Shown: in pieces, positions 54,877 to 64,000 of the stretch
Numbering within the stretch: position 1 is the stretch's first letter
How the letters are laid out: every line of letters begins with the position of its first letter
Assembly (NCBI GenBank): GCA_044892505.1
Contig: CM097882.1
Location: 20,646,001-20,710,000 of the forward strand
Direction: 5' to 3'
DNA: 64,000 bases
Source: Schmidtea nova
Taxonomy: Eukaryota
The notes under the pieces: model-generated
Seen by the model: only the letters and a program-made list of their open reading frames with translations
What the model was told of the DNA's origin: nothing
The model's database searches: none
Made by a program: the position numbers and the translations under genes

Positions 54877-57297
54877 TCATTTGGTGATCGCCTTTGATAG
54901 TTTATGGTCTTTCCTAGTAGTCATTTTTCTAATGTCTGTATTTTTAGGTGGTAAACAAGATGTAGATTGCGCATCAATATCAGTTTCTAAGAGAGCCGAT
55001 TTAATGATACCTGTATTATTTGAATCTACGACATTGGAGCTAACGCTAACATCTTTACAAGTGTCTTTAGAAATTTCAATAACATCAACAGATTCACTAC
55101 TAGTCAGAAGATTTTCAAGAGAGTCAACAAGATCAAAGATAACTGAAGTCATTTCAGCATTACAAATTTTACGACATTTAATTGGAACCTGAAAATAATC
55201 TATGTTCTTATTCAAAAATCTTTTCTTGTCTCTTATTATAAAGTATATCAGTCGTTTAGCCTTGATTATGTTAATGTCATCACACTCAGAACGGAATTCA
55301 TTTATGTGTGAAAAGACAGAGTCTATTGCATTCAGTTGGTCACTTTTTAGGGGAAACAAGTTATTAATTAATTTTAAAAATTTATTAATTCTTTTAATTG
55401 TATCTTGTGAAATTATATTTTTTAATTTATCAATCTCACAGGTCAGCATCCATTGTTTGAATTTTATAAGTTTTTCCTGACAACTAATTCTAAAGTATGA
55501 AGACGAAGGTATTTTATCAACAAATTCAGAGCCCCACACTTCAAAAGAGTCAATAGTCAAGGAATCGCATTTAACACAGTCTATAACTGAATGAATAAGT
55601 AAGGAATTTCGGAAATAATTGACAACATAATTATCATAATTTATATTTCTTGAATATTTAATATTACCTTTTAAGTTTAAATAATTAAGATAGTAAATTA
55701 ATTCCACAATCTTAATAGGAGAAGCGGGTAATGATAAAAGTTGATCTAAATGCTTATCAGTTCTACACATTTCATGCAAATCAAATAACCCAATATTAAA
55801 CATTATATCAGAGGCATTGATAGAATCAGCTTCTTTCATCGCAGATTTACAATCAACAGTAAATTTACCATCTATAAATGAAATGTTCTTTGGAAAATCC
55901 CTATTTAATTTTAAACTATTAATTAAATTAATTAATTTATCAGGATTCTTTGAAATATTTTCAATAAAAATCATTTCTTTTAGTTCAGGGTAATCCAGAT
56001 AGAGTTTATTTATTTGTGATCTTGTAAGATTATTTGAAATTAATTCAAAACCAGCATTATGACAATTATCAGAAGTGGAAAAGTCTTTCATTATAAAGTC
56101 ACCGTCAACATACCTTATTTCTGATTTAACAAGAAAGTCTGGCAATTGTTTTTGCAATTTTAACAAATCTAAGGCTTTATTAATAACGCTTCCCTTTTGA
56201 ATTTCATTTTTAATAGAGACAGTTTCTGCCAATTTGCTTGAGAGAGCAAATAAAAATTTTTTTATTTCTAAAGGTGCAGGAATGAGGTTAGATGTAAAAT
56301 TATCGGTAGCAATAATATCCGAAATAAATGTTTTTTTCTTATTAAGAATATTAGGGTTTTGAGGAAGTTGATTAGAGTTAGCCATTTTATTACTATTTAA
56401 TTTAATCGAAGCACAAAAATTATTGTTTCGATAAAATATATGATCAAAATCCTCAACAAACTTAAAATTTGAATTATTTATTAAAGAAAGTTCATAATTT
56501 ATACGATCATATTTATTTACGGATTTCTTTAATTTTAATAGTTCTTTTAAACGTGGAAAATTATTAATTAAATTGGTACGCTCATTTTTAGTTAAAATCC
56601 GGGGTAAAAAATCAAATTTAAATTCATCAATTTTAACATTTCTTTTCCCCTTATTTAGTGAAATTTTAACAAATTTTTTAATTAAAGTTTTACTAAAACT
56701 ATCATCAGAAACTAGGTCTAAATTTTGACCGTCTGCTTCAGCGTAAGATTTATCAGAAGGTTTTGGTATATCATTTATATCATTAGAATTATTATTTAAT
56801 TTTATATTACTATTTAATTTAGAAATATGATTATTTTTATTATTATTAAAATTATGAAAATTAGGAGCATTATCAAAATTATTAACGTTTAAAGAATTCA
56901 AGATTCCAACAATCAAATCAAGTTTACCCTGAAAATCAACAAAGTTCTTCTCCAGAGCCACCATTCGTTGGAAAAGTCCATCATCAGAAGTTGGAGGAAA
57001 TGAAATTCCATCTGATTTTTCAGGCAAAACATCCATTTTAGATTGTGTCTTGGGTAAATAATTTGCCTGAAAAGCATTGAAATTTCTCTCAGGAATCTCC
57101 ACTCGTCGGCCAGGTTCATCTTTAAGCATAGAGATTTCTTCTGATCTTTTCTTTAAAATATCCATAAGAGATTGAGAAGATTGAATTTGTCTTCTCAGAA
57201 AATCAACGATTAGCATATTTTCATTTAGATTTGACTGATTACACAATAAATCATCAGAGTGACTCTGATTGGCCGATTGCATAATACCAGTGTGCAT
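54877..57297 (-). CDS. A4 ORF1 (806 aa), unknown function
   Basis: Open frame; differs from A2 ORF1 at one residue I could see. Confidence 0.9.
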   Translation of the reverse strand: MHTGIMQSANQSHSDDLLCNQSNLNENMLIVDFLRRQIQSSQSLMDILKKRSEEISMLKDEPGRRVEIPERNFNAFQANYLPKTQSKMDVLPEKSDGISFPPTSDDGLFQRMVALEKNFVDFQGKLDLIVGILNSLNVNNFDNAPNFHNFNNNKNNHISKLNSNIKLNNNSNDINDIPKPSDKSYAEADGQNLDLVSDDSFSKTLIKKFVKISLNKGKRNVKIDEFKFDFLPRILTKNERTNLINNFPRLKELLKLKKSVNKYDRINYELSLINNSNFKFVEDFDHIFYRNNNFCASIKLNSNKMANSNQLPQNPNILNKKKTFISDIIATDNFTSNLIPAPLEIKKFLFALSSKLAETVSIKNEIQKGSVINKALDLLKLQKQLPDFLVKSEIRYVDGDFIMKDFSTSDNCHNAGFELISNNLTRSQINKLYLDYPELKEMIFIENISKNPDKLINLINSLKLNRDFPKNISFIDGKFTVDCKSAMKEADSINASDIMFNIGLFDLHEMCRTDKHLDQLLSLPASPIKIVELIYYLNYLNLKGNIKYSRNINYDNYVVNYFRNSLLIHSVIDCVKCDSLTIDSFEVWGSEFVDKIPSSSYFRISCQEKLIKFKQWMLTCEIDKLKNIISQDTIKRINKFLKLINNLFPLKSDQLNAIDSVFSHINEFRSECDDINIIKAKRLIYFIIRDKKRFLNKNIDYFQVPIKCRKICNAEMTSVIFDLVDSLENLLTSSESVDVIEISKDTCKDVSVSSNVVDSNNTGIIKSALLETDIDAQSTSCLPPKNTDIRKMTTRKDHKLSKAITK

Positions 57298-57649
57298 GAT
57301 TGAGTAGGATTATTTTCTTTTTTCAACGATTATACCAAACACAACAAATTTACTAGAAAATATATTATCTTTTATTCTTCTGTTTATTTCATCAAAATTA
57401 AAAGATTAGTTTTTGTTGGTTTGAATAATTTTTTATGAGAATATCGTGAAATATTTGTTTTTTTCATAGACGTAAAAATTTGAATGATATTTAAAAATGC
57501 ACAACTAGACGTGAAAGATAGAAATAATTGAGTTTGAAGGATTTAGAATTTCAAAATGATTCATGTGTTTTATTGTGTAATATCTTATAAATTAAAAAAT
57601 TTCATTGTTTGCTTTATTGATGATTCAAAACTGATTTTAAGAAAATATA

Positions 57650-57721
57650 TGCCCCCAGAGAGAATTGAACTCTCGACCCCTGGTTTACGAGACCAGTGCT
57701 CTACCTCTGAGCTATAGGGGC
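57650..57721 (-). tRNA. tRNA-Thr(CGT), type X
   Basis: Full cloverleaf. Confidence 0.96.
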
Positions 57722-57881
57722 TTAATATTTGAAACTTTGAAACTTATTTTTAAACAATCAATCTTTGAAAACATTAATTGTTGACAAATTTCGAAAGGTT
57801 GTAAAGCTTGTCAAATAAAATTGAACTTAATTCAAGGTATTTTGACTTTATTCTAAATCTTTTAAATCAAAAAAAATAAAA

Positions 57882-57953
57882 TGCCCCCAGAGAGATTTGA
57901 ACTCTCGACCCCTGGTTTACAAGACCAGTGCTCTACCCCTGAGCTATAGGGGC
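57882..57953 (-). tRNA. tRNA-Thr(TGT), type Y
   Basis: Full cloverleaf. Confidence 0.96.
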
Positions 57954-58133
57954 TCGAAATTATTCTTGATTTGTGAAATCTTCTCAATTCTTTTGGAGTT
58001 TCTAAATTCAAATTTTAAAATTTCTTAAATTTTCAGACACTAATTTTCGAAAAATTGTTGTCAAAGTTGTCTCAAAAAATTGCAAAATGTCGACAAGACG
58101 ATTTTCAATTTGGTAATTGATTGTAAAAATTAT

Positions 58134-58205
58134 TGCCCCCAGAGAGATTTGAACTCTCGACCCCTGGTTTACAAGACCAGTGCTCTACCCCTGAGCTATA
58201 GGGGC
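58134..58205 (-). tRNA. tRNA-Thr(TGT), type Z
   Basis: Full cloverleaf. Confidence 0.96.
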
Positions 58206-58551
58206 CATGACAAATTTTCTTTTTTCAACGATTATACCAAACACAACAAATTTACTAGAAAATATATTATCTTTTATTCTTCTGTTTATTTCATCAAAAT
58301 TAAAAGATTAGTTTTTGTTGGTTTGAATAATTTTTTATGAGAATATCGTGAAATATTTGTTTTTTTCATAGACGTAAAAATTTGAATAATATTTAAAAAT
58401 GCACAACTAGACGTGAAAGATAGAAATAATTGAGTTTGAAGGATTTGGAATTTCAAAATGATTCATGTGTTTTATTGTGTAATATCTTATAAATTAAAAA
58501 ATTTCATTGTTTGCTTTATTGATGATTCAAAACTGATTTTAAGAAAATATA

Positions 58552-58623
58552 TGCCCCCAGAGAGAATTGAACTCTCGACCCCTGGTTTACGAGACCAGTG
58601 CTCTACCCCTGAGCTATAGGGGC
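58552..58623 (-). tRNA. tRNA-Thr(CGT), type X' (G16)
   Basis: Full cloverleaf. Confidence 0.96.
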
Positions 58624-58969
58624 CATGACAAATTTTCTTTTTTCAACGATTATACCAAACACAACAAATTTACTAGAAAATATATTATCTTTTATTCTTC
58701 TGTTTATTTCATCAAAATTAAAAGATTAGTTTTTGTTGGTTTGAATAATTTTTTATGAGAATATCGTGAAATATTTGTTTTTTTCATAGACGTAAAAATT
58801 TGAATGATATTTAAAAATGCACAACTAGACGTGAAAGATAGAAATGATTGAGTTTGAAGGATTTGGAATTTCAAAATGATTCATGTGTTTTATTGTGTAA
58901 TATCTTATAAATTAAAAAATTTCATTGTTTGCTTTATTGATGATTCAAAACTGATTTTAAGAAAATATA

Positions 58970-59041
58970 TGCCCCCAGAGAGAATTGAACTCTCGACCCC
59001 TGGTTTACGAGACCAGTGCTCTACCTCTGAGCTATAGGGGC
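58970..59041 (-). tRNA. tRNA-Thr(CGT), type X
   Basis: Full cloverleaf. Confidence 0.96.
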
Positions 59042-59201
59042 TTAATATTTGAAACTTTGAAACTTATTTTTAAACAATCAATCTTTGAAAACATTAATTG
59101 TTGACAAATTTCGAAAGGTTGTAAAGCTTGTCAAATAAAATTGAAATTAATTCAAGGTATTTTGACTTTATTCTAAATCTTTTAAATCAAAAAAAATAAA
59201 A

Positions 59202-59273
59202 TGCCCCCAGAGAGATTTGAACTCTCGACCCCTGGTTTACAAGACCAGTGCTCTACCCCTGAGCTATAGGGGC
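59202..59273 (-). tRNA. tRNA-Thr(TGT), type Y
   Basis: Full cloverleaf. Confidence 0.96.
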
Positions 59274-59453
59274 TCGAAATTATTCTTGATTTGTGAAATC
59301 TTCTCAATTCTTTTGGAGTTTCTAAATTCAAATTATAAAATTTCTTAAATTTTCAGACACTAATTTTCGAAAAATTGTTGTCAAAGTTGTCTCAAAAAAT
59401 TGCAAAATGTCGACAAGACGATTTTCAATTTGGTAATTGATTGTAAAAATTAT

Positions 59454-59525
59454 TGCCCCCAGAGAGATTTGAACTCTCGACCCCTGGTTTACAAGACCAG
59501 TGCTCTACCCCTGAGCTATAGGGGC
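59454..59525 (-). tRNA. tRNA-Thr(TGT), type Z
   Basis: Full cloverleaf. Confidence 0.96.
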
Positions 59526-59871
59526 CATGACAAATTTTCTTTTTTCAACGATTATACCAAACACAACAAATTTACTAGAAAATATATTATCTTTTATTCT
59601 TCTGTTTATTTCATCAAAATTAAAAGATTAGTTTTTGTTGGTTTGAATAATTTTTTATGAGAATATCGTGAAATATTTGTTTTTTTCATAGACGTAAAAA
59701 TTTGAATAATATTTAAAAATGCACAACTAGACGTGAAAGATAGAAATAATTGAGTTTGAAGGATTTGGAATTTCAAAATGATTCATGTGTTTTATTGTGT
59801 AATATCTTATAAATTAAAAAATTTCATTGTTTGCTTTATTGATGATTCAAAACTGATTTTAAGAAAATATA

Positions 59872-59943
59872 TGCCCCCAGAGAGAATTGAACTCTCGACC
59901 CCTGGTTTACGAGACCAGTGCTCTACCCCTGAGCTATAGGGGC
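59872..59943 (-). tRNA. tRNA-Thr(CGT), type X'
   Basis: Full cloverleaf. Confidence 0.96.
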
Positions 59944-60289
59944 CATGACAAATTTTCTTTTTTCAACGATTATACCAAACACAACAAATTTACTAGAAAA
60001 TATATTATCTTTTATTCTTCTGTTTATTTCATCAAAATTAAAAGATTAGTTTTTGTTGGTTTGAATAATTTTTTATGAGAATATCGTGAAATATTTGTTT
60101 TTTTCATAGACTTAAAAATTTGAATGATATTTAAAAATGCACAACTAGACGTGAAAGATAGAAATGATTGAGTTTGAAGGATTTGGAATTTCAAAATGAT
60201 TCATGTGTTTTATTGTGTAATATCTTATAAATTAAAAAATTTCATTGTTTGCTTTATTGATGATTCAAAACTGATTTTAAGAAAATATA

Positions 60290-60361
60290 TGCCCCCAGAG
60301 AGAATTGAACTCTCGACCCCTGGTTTACGAGACCAGTGCTCTACCTCTGAGCTATAGGGGC
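60290..60361 (-). tRNA. tRNA-Thr(CGT), type X
   Basis: Full cloverleaf. Confidence 0.96.
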
Positions 60362-60521
60362 TTAATATTTGAAACTTTGAAACTTATTTTTAAACAATCA
60401 ATCTTTGAAAACATTAATTGTTGACAAATTTCGAAAGGTTGTAAAGCTTGTCAAATAAAATTGAAATTAATTCAAGGTATTTTGACTTTATTCTAAATCT
60501 TTTAAATCAAAAAAAATAAAA

Positions 60522-60593
60522 TGCCCCCAGAGAGATTTGAACTCTCGACCCCTGGTTTACAAGACCAGTGCTCTACCCCTGAGCTATAGGGGC
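60522..60593 (-). tRNA. tRNA-Thr(TGT), type Y
   Basis: Full cloverleaf. Confidence 0.96.
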
Positions 60594-60773
60594 TCGAAAT
60601 TATTCTTGATTTGTGAAATCTTCTCAATTCTTTTGGAGTTTCTAAATTCAAATTATAAAATTTCTTAAATTTTCAGACACTAATTTTCGAAAAATTGTTG
60701 TCAAAGTTGTCTCAAAAAATTGCAAAATGTCGACAAGACGATTTTCAATTTGGTAATTGATTGTAAAAATTAT

Positions 60774-60845
60774 TGCCCCCAGAGAGATTTGAACTCTCGA
60801 CCCCTGGTTTACAAGACCAGTGCTCTACCCCTGAGCTATAGGGGC
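60774..60845 (-). tRNA. tRNA-Thr(TGT), type Z
   Basis: Full cloverleaf. Confidence 0.96.
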
Positions 60846-61191
60846 CATGACAAATTTTCTTTTTTCAACGATTATACCAAACACAACAAATTTACTAGAA
60901 AATATATTATCTTTTATTCTTCTGTTTATTTCATCAAAATTAAAAGATTAGTTTTTGTTGGTTTGAATAATTTTTTATGAGAATATCGTGAAATATTTGT
61001 TTTTTTCATAGACGTAAAAATTTGAATAATATTTAAAAATGCACAACTAGACGTGAAAGATAGAAATAATTGAGTTTGAAGGATTTGGAATTTCAAAATG
61101 ATTCATGTGTTTTATTGTGTAATATCTTATAAATTAAAAAATTTCATTGTTTGCTTTATTGATGATTCAAAACTGATTTTAAGAAAATATA

Positions 61192-61263
61192 TGCCCCCAG
61201 AGAGAATTGAACTCTCGACCCCTGGTTTACGAGACCAGTGCTCTACCCCTGAGCTATAGGGGC
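61192..61263 (-). tRNA. tRNA-Thr(CGT), type X'
   Basis: Full cloverleaf. Confidence 0.96.
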
Positions 61264-61609
61264 CATGACAAATTTTCTTTTTTCAACGATTATACCAAAC
61301 ACAACAAATTTACTAGAAAATATATTATCTTTTATTCTTCTGTTTATTTCATCAAAATTAAAAGATTAGTTTTTGTTGGTTTGAATAATTTTTTATGAGA
61401 ATATCGTGAAATATTTGTTTTTTTCATAGACTTAAAAATTTGAATGATATTTAAAAATGCACAACTAGACGTGAAAGATAGAAATGATTGAGTTTGAAGG
61501 ATTTGGAATTTCAAAATGATTCATGTGTTTTATTGTGTAATATCTTATAAATTAAAAAATTTCATTGTTTGCTTTATTGATGATTCAAAACTGATTTTAA
61601 GAAAATATA

Positions 61610-61681
61610 TGCCCCCAGAGAGAATTGAACTCTCGACCCCTGGTGTACGAGACCAGTGCTTTACCTCTGAGCTATAGGGGC
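61610..61681 (-). tRNA. tRNA-Thr(CGT), type X variant with two substitutions
   Basis: D-stem GCTC/AAGC mismatch; anticodon loop CTCGTAC. Confidence 0.85.
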
Positions 61682-61841
61682 TTAATATTTGAAACTTTGA
61701 AACTTATTTTTAAACAATCAATCTTTGAAAACATTAATTGTTGACAAATTTCGAAAGGTTGTAAAGCTTGTCAAATAAAATTGAAATTAATTCAAGGTAT
61801 TTTGACTTTATTCTAAATCTTTTAAATCAAAAAAAATAAAA

Positions 61842-61913
61842 TGCCCCCAGAGAGATTTGAACTCTCGACCCCTGGTTTACAAGACCAGTGCTCTACCCCT
61901 GAGCTATAGGGGC
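61842..61913 (-). tRNA. tRNA-Thr(TGT), type Y
   Basis: Full cloverleaf. Confidence 0.96.
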
Positions 61914-62092
61914 TCGAAATTATTCTTGATTTGTGAAATCTTCTCAATTCTTTTAGAGTTTCTAAATTCAAATTTTAAAATTTCTTAAATTTTCAGACAC
62001 TAATTTTCGAAAAATTGTTGTCAAAGTTGTCTCAAAAAATTGCAAAATGTCGACAAGACGATTTTCAATTTGGTAATTGATTGAAAAAATTT

Positions 62093-62164
62093 TGCCCCCA
62101 GAGAGATTTGAACTCTCGACCCCTGGTTTACAAGACCAGTGCTCTACCCCTGAGCTATAGGGGC
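62093..62164 (-). tRNA. tRNA-Thr(TGT), type Z
   Basis: Full cloverleaf; variant 3' flank. Confidence 0.96.
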
Positions 62165-62510
62165 CATGACAAATTTTCTTTTTTCAACGATTATACCAAA
62201 CACAACAAATTTACTAGAAAATATATTATCTTTTATTCTTCTGTTTATTTCATCAAAATTAAAAGATTAGTTTTTGTTGGTTTGAATAATTTTTTATGAG
62301 AATATCGTGAAATATTTGTTTTTTTCATAGACGTAAAAATTTGAATAATATTTAAAAATGCACAACTAGACGTGAAAGATAGAAATAATTGAGTTTGAAG
62401 GATTTGGAATTTCAAAATGATTCATGTGTTTTATTGTGTAATATCTTATAAATTAAAAAATTTCATTGTTTGCTTTATTGATGATTCAAAACTGATTTTA
62501 AGAAAATATA

Positions 62511-62582
62511 TGCCCCCAGAGAGAATTGAACTCTCGACCCCTGGTTTACGAGACCAGTGCTCTACCCCTGAGCTATAGGGGC
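62511..62582 (-). tRNA. tRNA-Thr(CGT), type X'
   Basis: Full cloverleaf. Confidence 0.96.
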
Positions 62583-62928
62583 CATGACAAATTTTCTTTT
62601 TTCAACGATTATACCAAACACAACAAATTTACTAGAAAATATATTATCTTTTATTCTTCTGTTTATTTCATCAAAATTAAAAGATTAGTTTTTGTTGGTT
62701 TGAATAATTTTTTATGAGAATATCGTGAAATATTTGTTTTTTTCATAGACGTAAAAATTTGAATGATATTTAAAAATGCACAACTAGACGTGAAAGATAG
62801 AAATGATTGAGTTTGAAGGATTTGGAATTTCAAAATGATTCATGTGTTTTATTGTGTAATATCTTATAAATTAAAAAATTTCATTGTTTGCTTTATTGAT
62901 GATTCAAAACTGATTTTAAGAAAATATA

Positions 62929-63000
62929 TGCCCCCAGAGAGAATTGAACTCTCGACCCCTGGTTTACGAGACCAGTGCTCTACCTCTGAGCTATAGGGGC
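62929..63000 (-). tRNA. tRNA-Thr(CGT), type X
   Basis: Full cloverleaf. Confidence 0.96.
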
Positions 63001-63160
63001 TTAATATTTGAAACTTTGAAACTTATTTTTAAACAATCAATCTTTGAAAACATTAATTGTTGACAAATTTCGAAAGGTTGTAAAGCTTGTCAAATAAAAT
63101 TGAAATTAATTCAAGGTATTTTGACTTTATTCTAAATCTTTTAAATCAAAAAAAATAAAA

Positions 63161-63232
63161 TGCCCCCAGAGAGATTTGAACTCTCGACCCCTGGTTTACA
63201 AGACCAGTGCTCTACCCCTGAGCTATAGGGGC
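63161..63232 (-). tRNA. tRNA-Thr(TGT), type Y
   Basis: Full cloverleaf. Confidence 0.96.
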
Positions 63233-63412
63233 TCGAAATTATTCTTGATTTGTGAAATCTTCTCAATTCTTTTGGAGTTTCTAAATTCAAATTATAAAAT
63301 TTCTTAAATTTTCAGACACTAATTTTCGAAAAATTGTTGTCAAAGTTGTCTCAAAAAATTGCAAAATGTCGACAAGACGATTTTCAATTTGGTAATTGAT
63401 TGTAAAAATTAT

Positions 63413-63484
63413 TGCCCCCAGAGAGATTTGAACTCTCGACCCCTGGTTTACAAGACCAGTGCTCTACCCCTGAGCTATAGGGGC
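63413..63484 (-). tRNA. tRNA-Thr(TGT), type Z
   Basis: Full cloverleaf. Confidence 0.96.
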
Positions 63485-63830
63485 CATGACAAATTTTCTT
63501 TTTTCAACGATTATACCAAACACAACAAATTTACTAGAAAATATATTATCTTTTATTCTTCTGTTTATTTCATCAAAATTAAAAGATTAGTTTTTGTTGG
63601 TTTGAATAATTTTTTATGAGAATATCGTGAAATATTTGTTTTTTTCATAGACGTAAAAATTTGAATAATATTTAAAAATGCACAACTAGACGTGAAAGAT
63701 AGAAATAATTGAGTTTGAAGGATTTGGAATTTCAAAATGATTCATGTGTTTTATTGTGTAATATCTTATAAATTAAAAAATTTCATTGTTTGCTTTATTG
63801 ATGATTCAAAACTGATTTTAAGAAAATATA

Positions 63831-63902
63831 TGCCCCCAGAGAGAATTGAACTCTCGACCCCTGGTTTACGAGACCAGTGCTCTACCCCTGAGCTATAGGG
63901 GC
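63831..63902 (-). tRNA. tRNA-Thr(CGT), type X'
   Basis: Full cloverleaf. Confidence 0.96.
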
Positions 63903-64000
63903 CATGACAAATTTTCTTTTTTCAACGATTATACCAAACACAACAAATTTACTAGAAAATATATTATCTTTTATTCTTCTGTTTATTTCATCAAAATTAA

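Larger units (their letters stand above)
49827..57311 (-). mobile_element. RLE non-LTR retrotransposon, lineage A copy 4 (both ORFs intact)
   Basis: 806-aa ORF1 plus 1520-aa ORF2, nearly identical to A2. Confidence 0.97.
8187..64000 (-). repeat. tandem tRNA-Thr gene array, 1320-bp higher-order unit, runs off the window end
   Basis: tRNA start-to-start spacings of 232, 252, 418 and 418 bp repeat from 57650 to 64000. The same spacers lie between the retroelements. Confidence 0.97.

Noticed and set aside
9348-55480. Repeated plus-strand ORFs (127, 79, 80, 129, 92 and 74 aa) in each element
   Set aside because: Antisense shadows that recur because the copies are near-identical; not conserved as proteins in lineage B.
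49312-63619. Recurrent plus-strand ORFs containing CPQRDLNSRPLVYKTSALPLSYRG
   Set aside because: Antisense translations of the tRNA genes and spacers.
57650-64000. CRISPR-like repeat-spacer pattern
   Set aside because: The repeats fold as tRNA-Thr, the spacers recur identically, the context is eukaryotic and there are no cas genes.

Overview
AT-rich eukaryotic DNA. A flatworm or other invertebrate is plausible, but that is inference only. 1-8.2 kb holds two N gaps, an (AAT)n tract and a decayed Polinton/Maverick remnant (packaging ATPase, integrase with chromodomain, penton-like gene). From about 8.19 kb to the end is a minus-strand tandem tRNA-Thr array (CGT and TGT anticodons; 28 full-length and 6 interrupted copies; 1320-bp four-gene unit). 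Its left part carries six full-length, co-oriented, 7.4-7.6 kb non-LTR retrotransposons with restriction-like endonucleases (RLE; NeSL/R5/Utopia-like: Ulp1 protease, RT, CCHC, RLE). They form three lineages that cut the same 72-nt tRNA gene at three sites: A after nt 29 (4 copies), C after nt ~15 and B after nt 42 (with a 44-bp duplication). All copies share an unusual layout: a long ORF1 of unknown function, one in-frame UGA, a geometrically conserved 13-bp stem-loop, then an AUG-less ORF2 starting with three tandem Ulp1-like folds. This points to programmed stop-codon read-through into a ~2329-aa polyprotein (inference). The 3'UTRs share covarying hairpins. tRNA-associated RLE elements may already be in repeat libraries (unverified recollection of planarian and tunicate families), so novelty of the targeting itself needs a Repbase/Dfam check.
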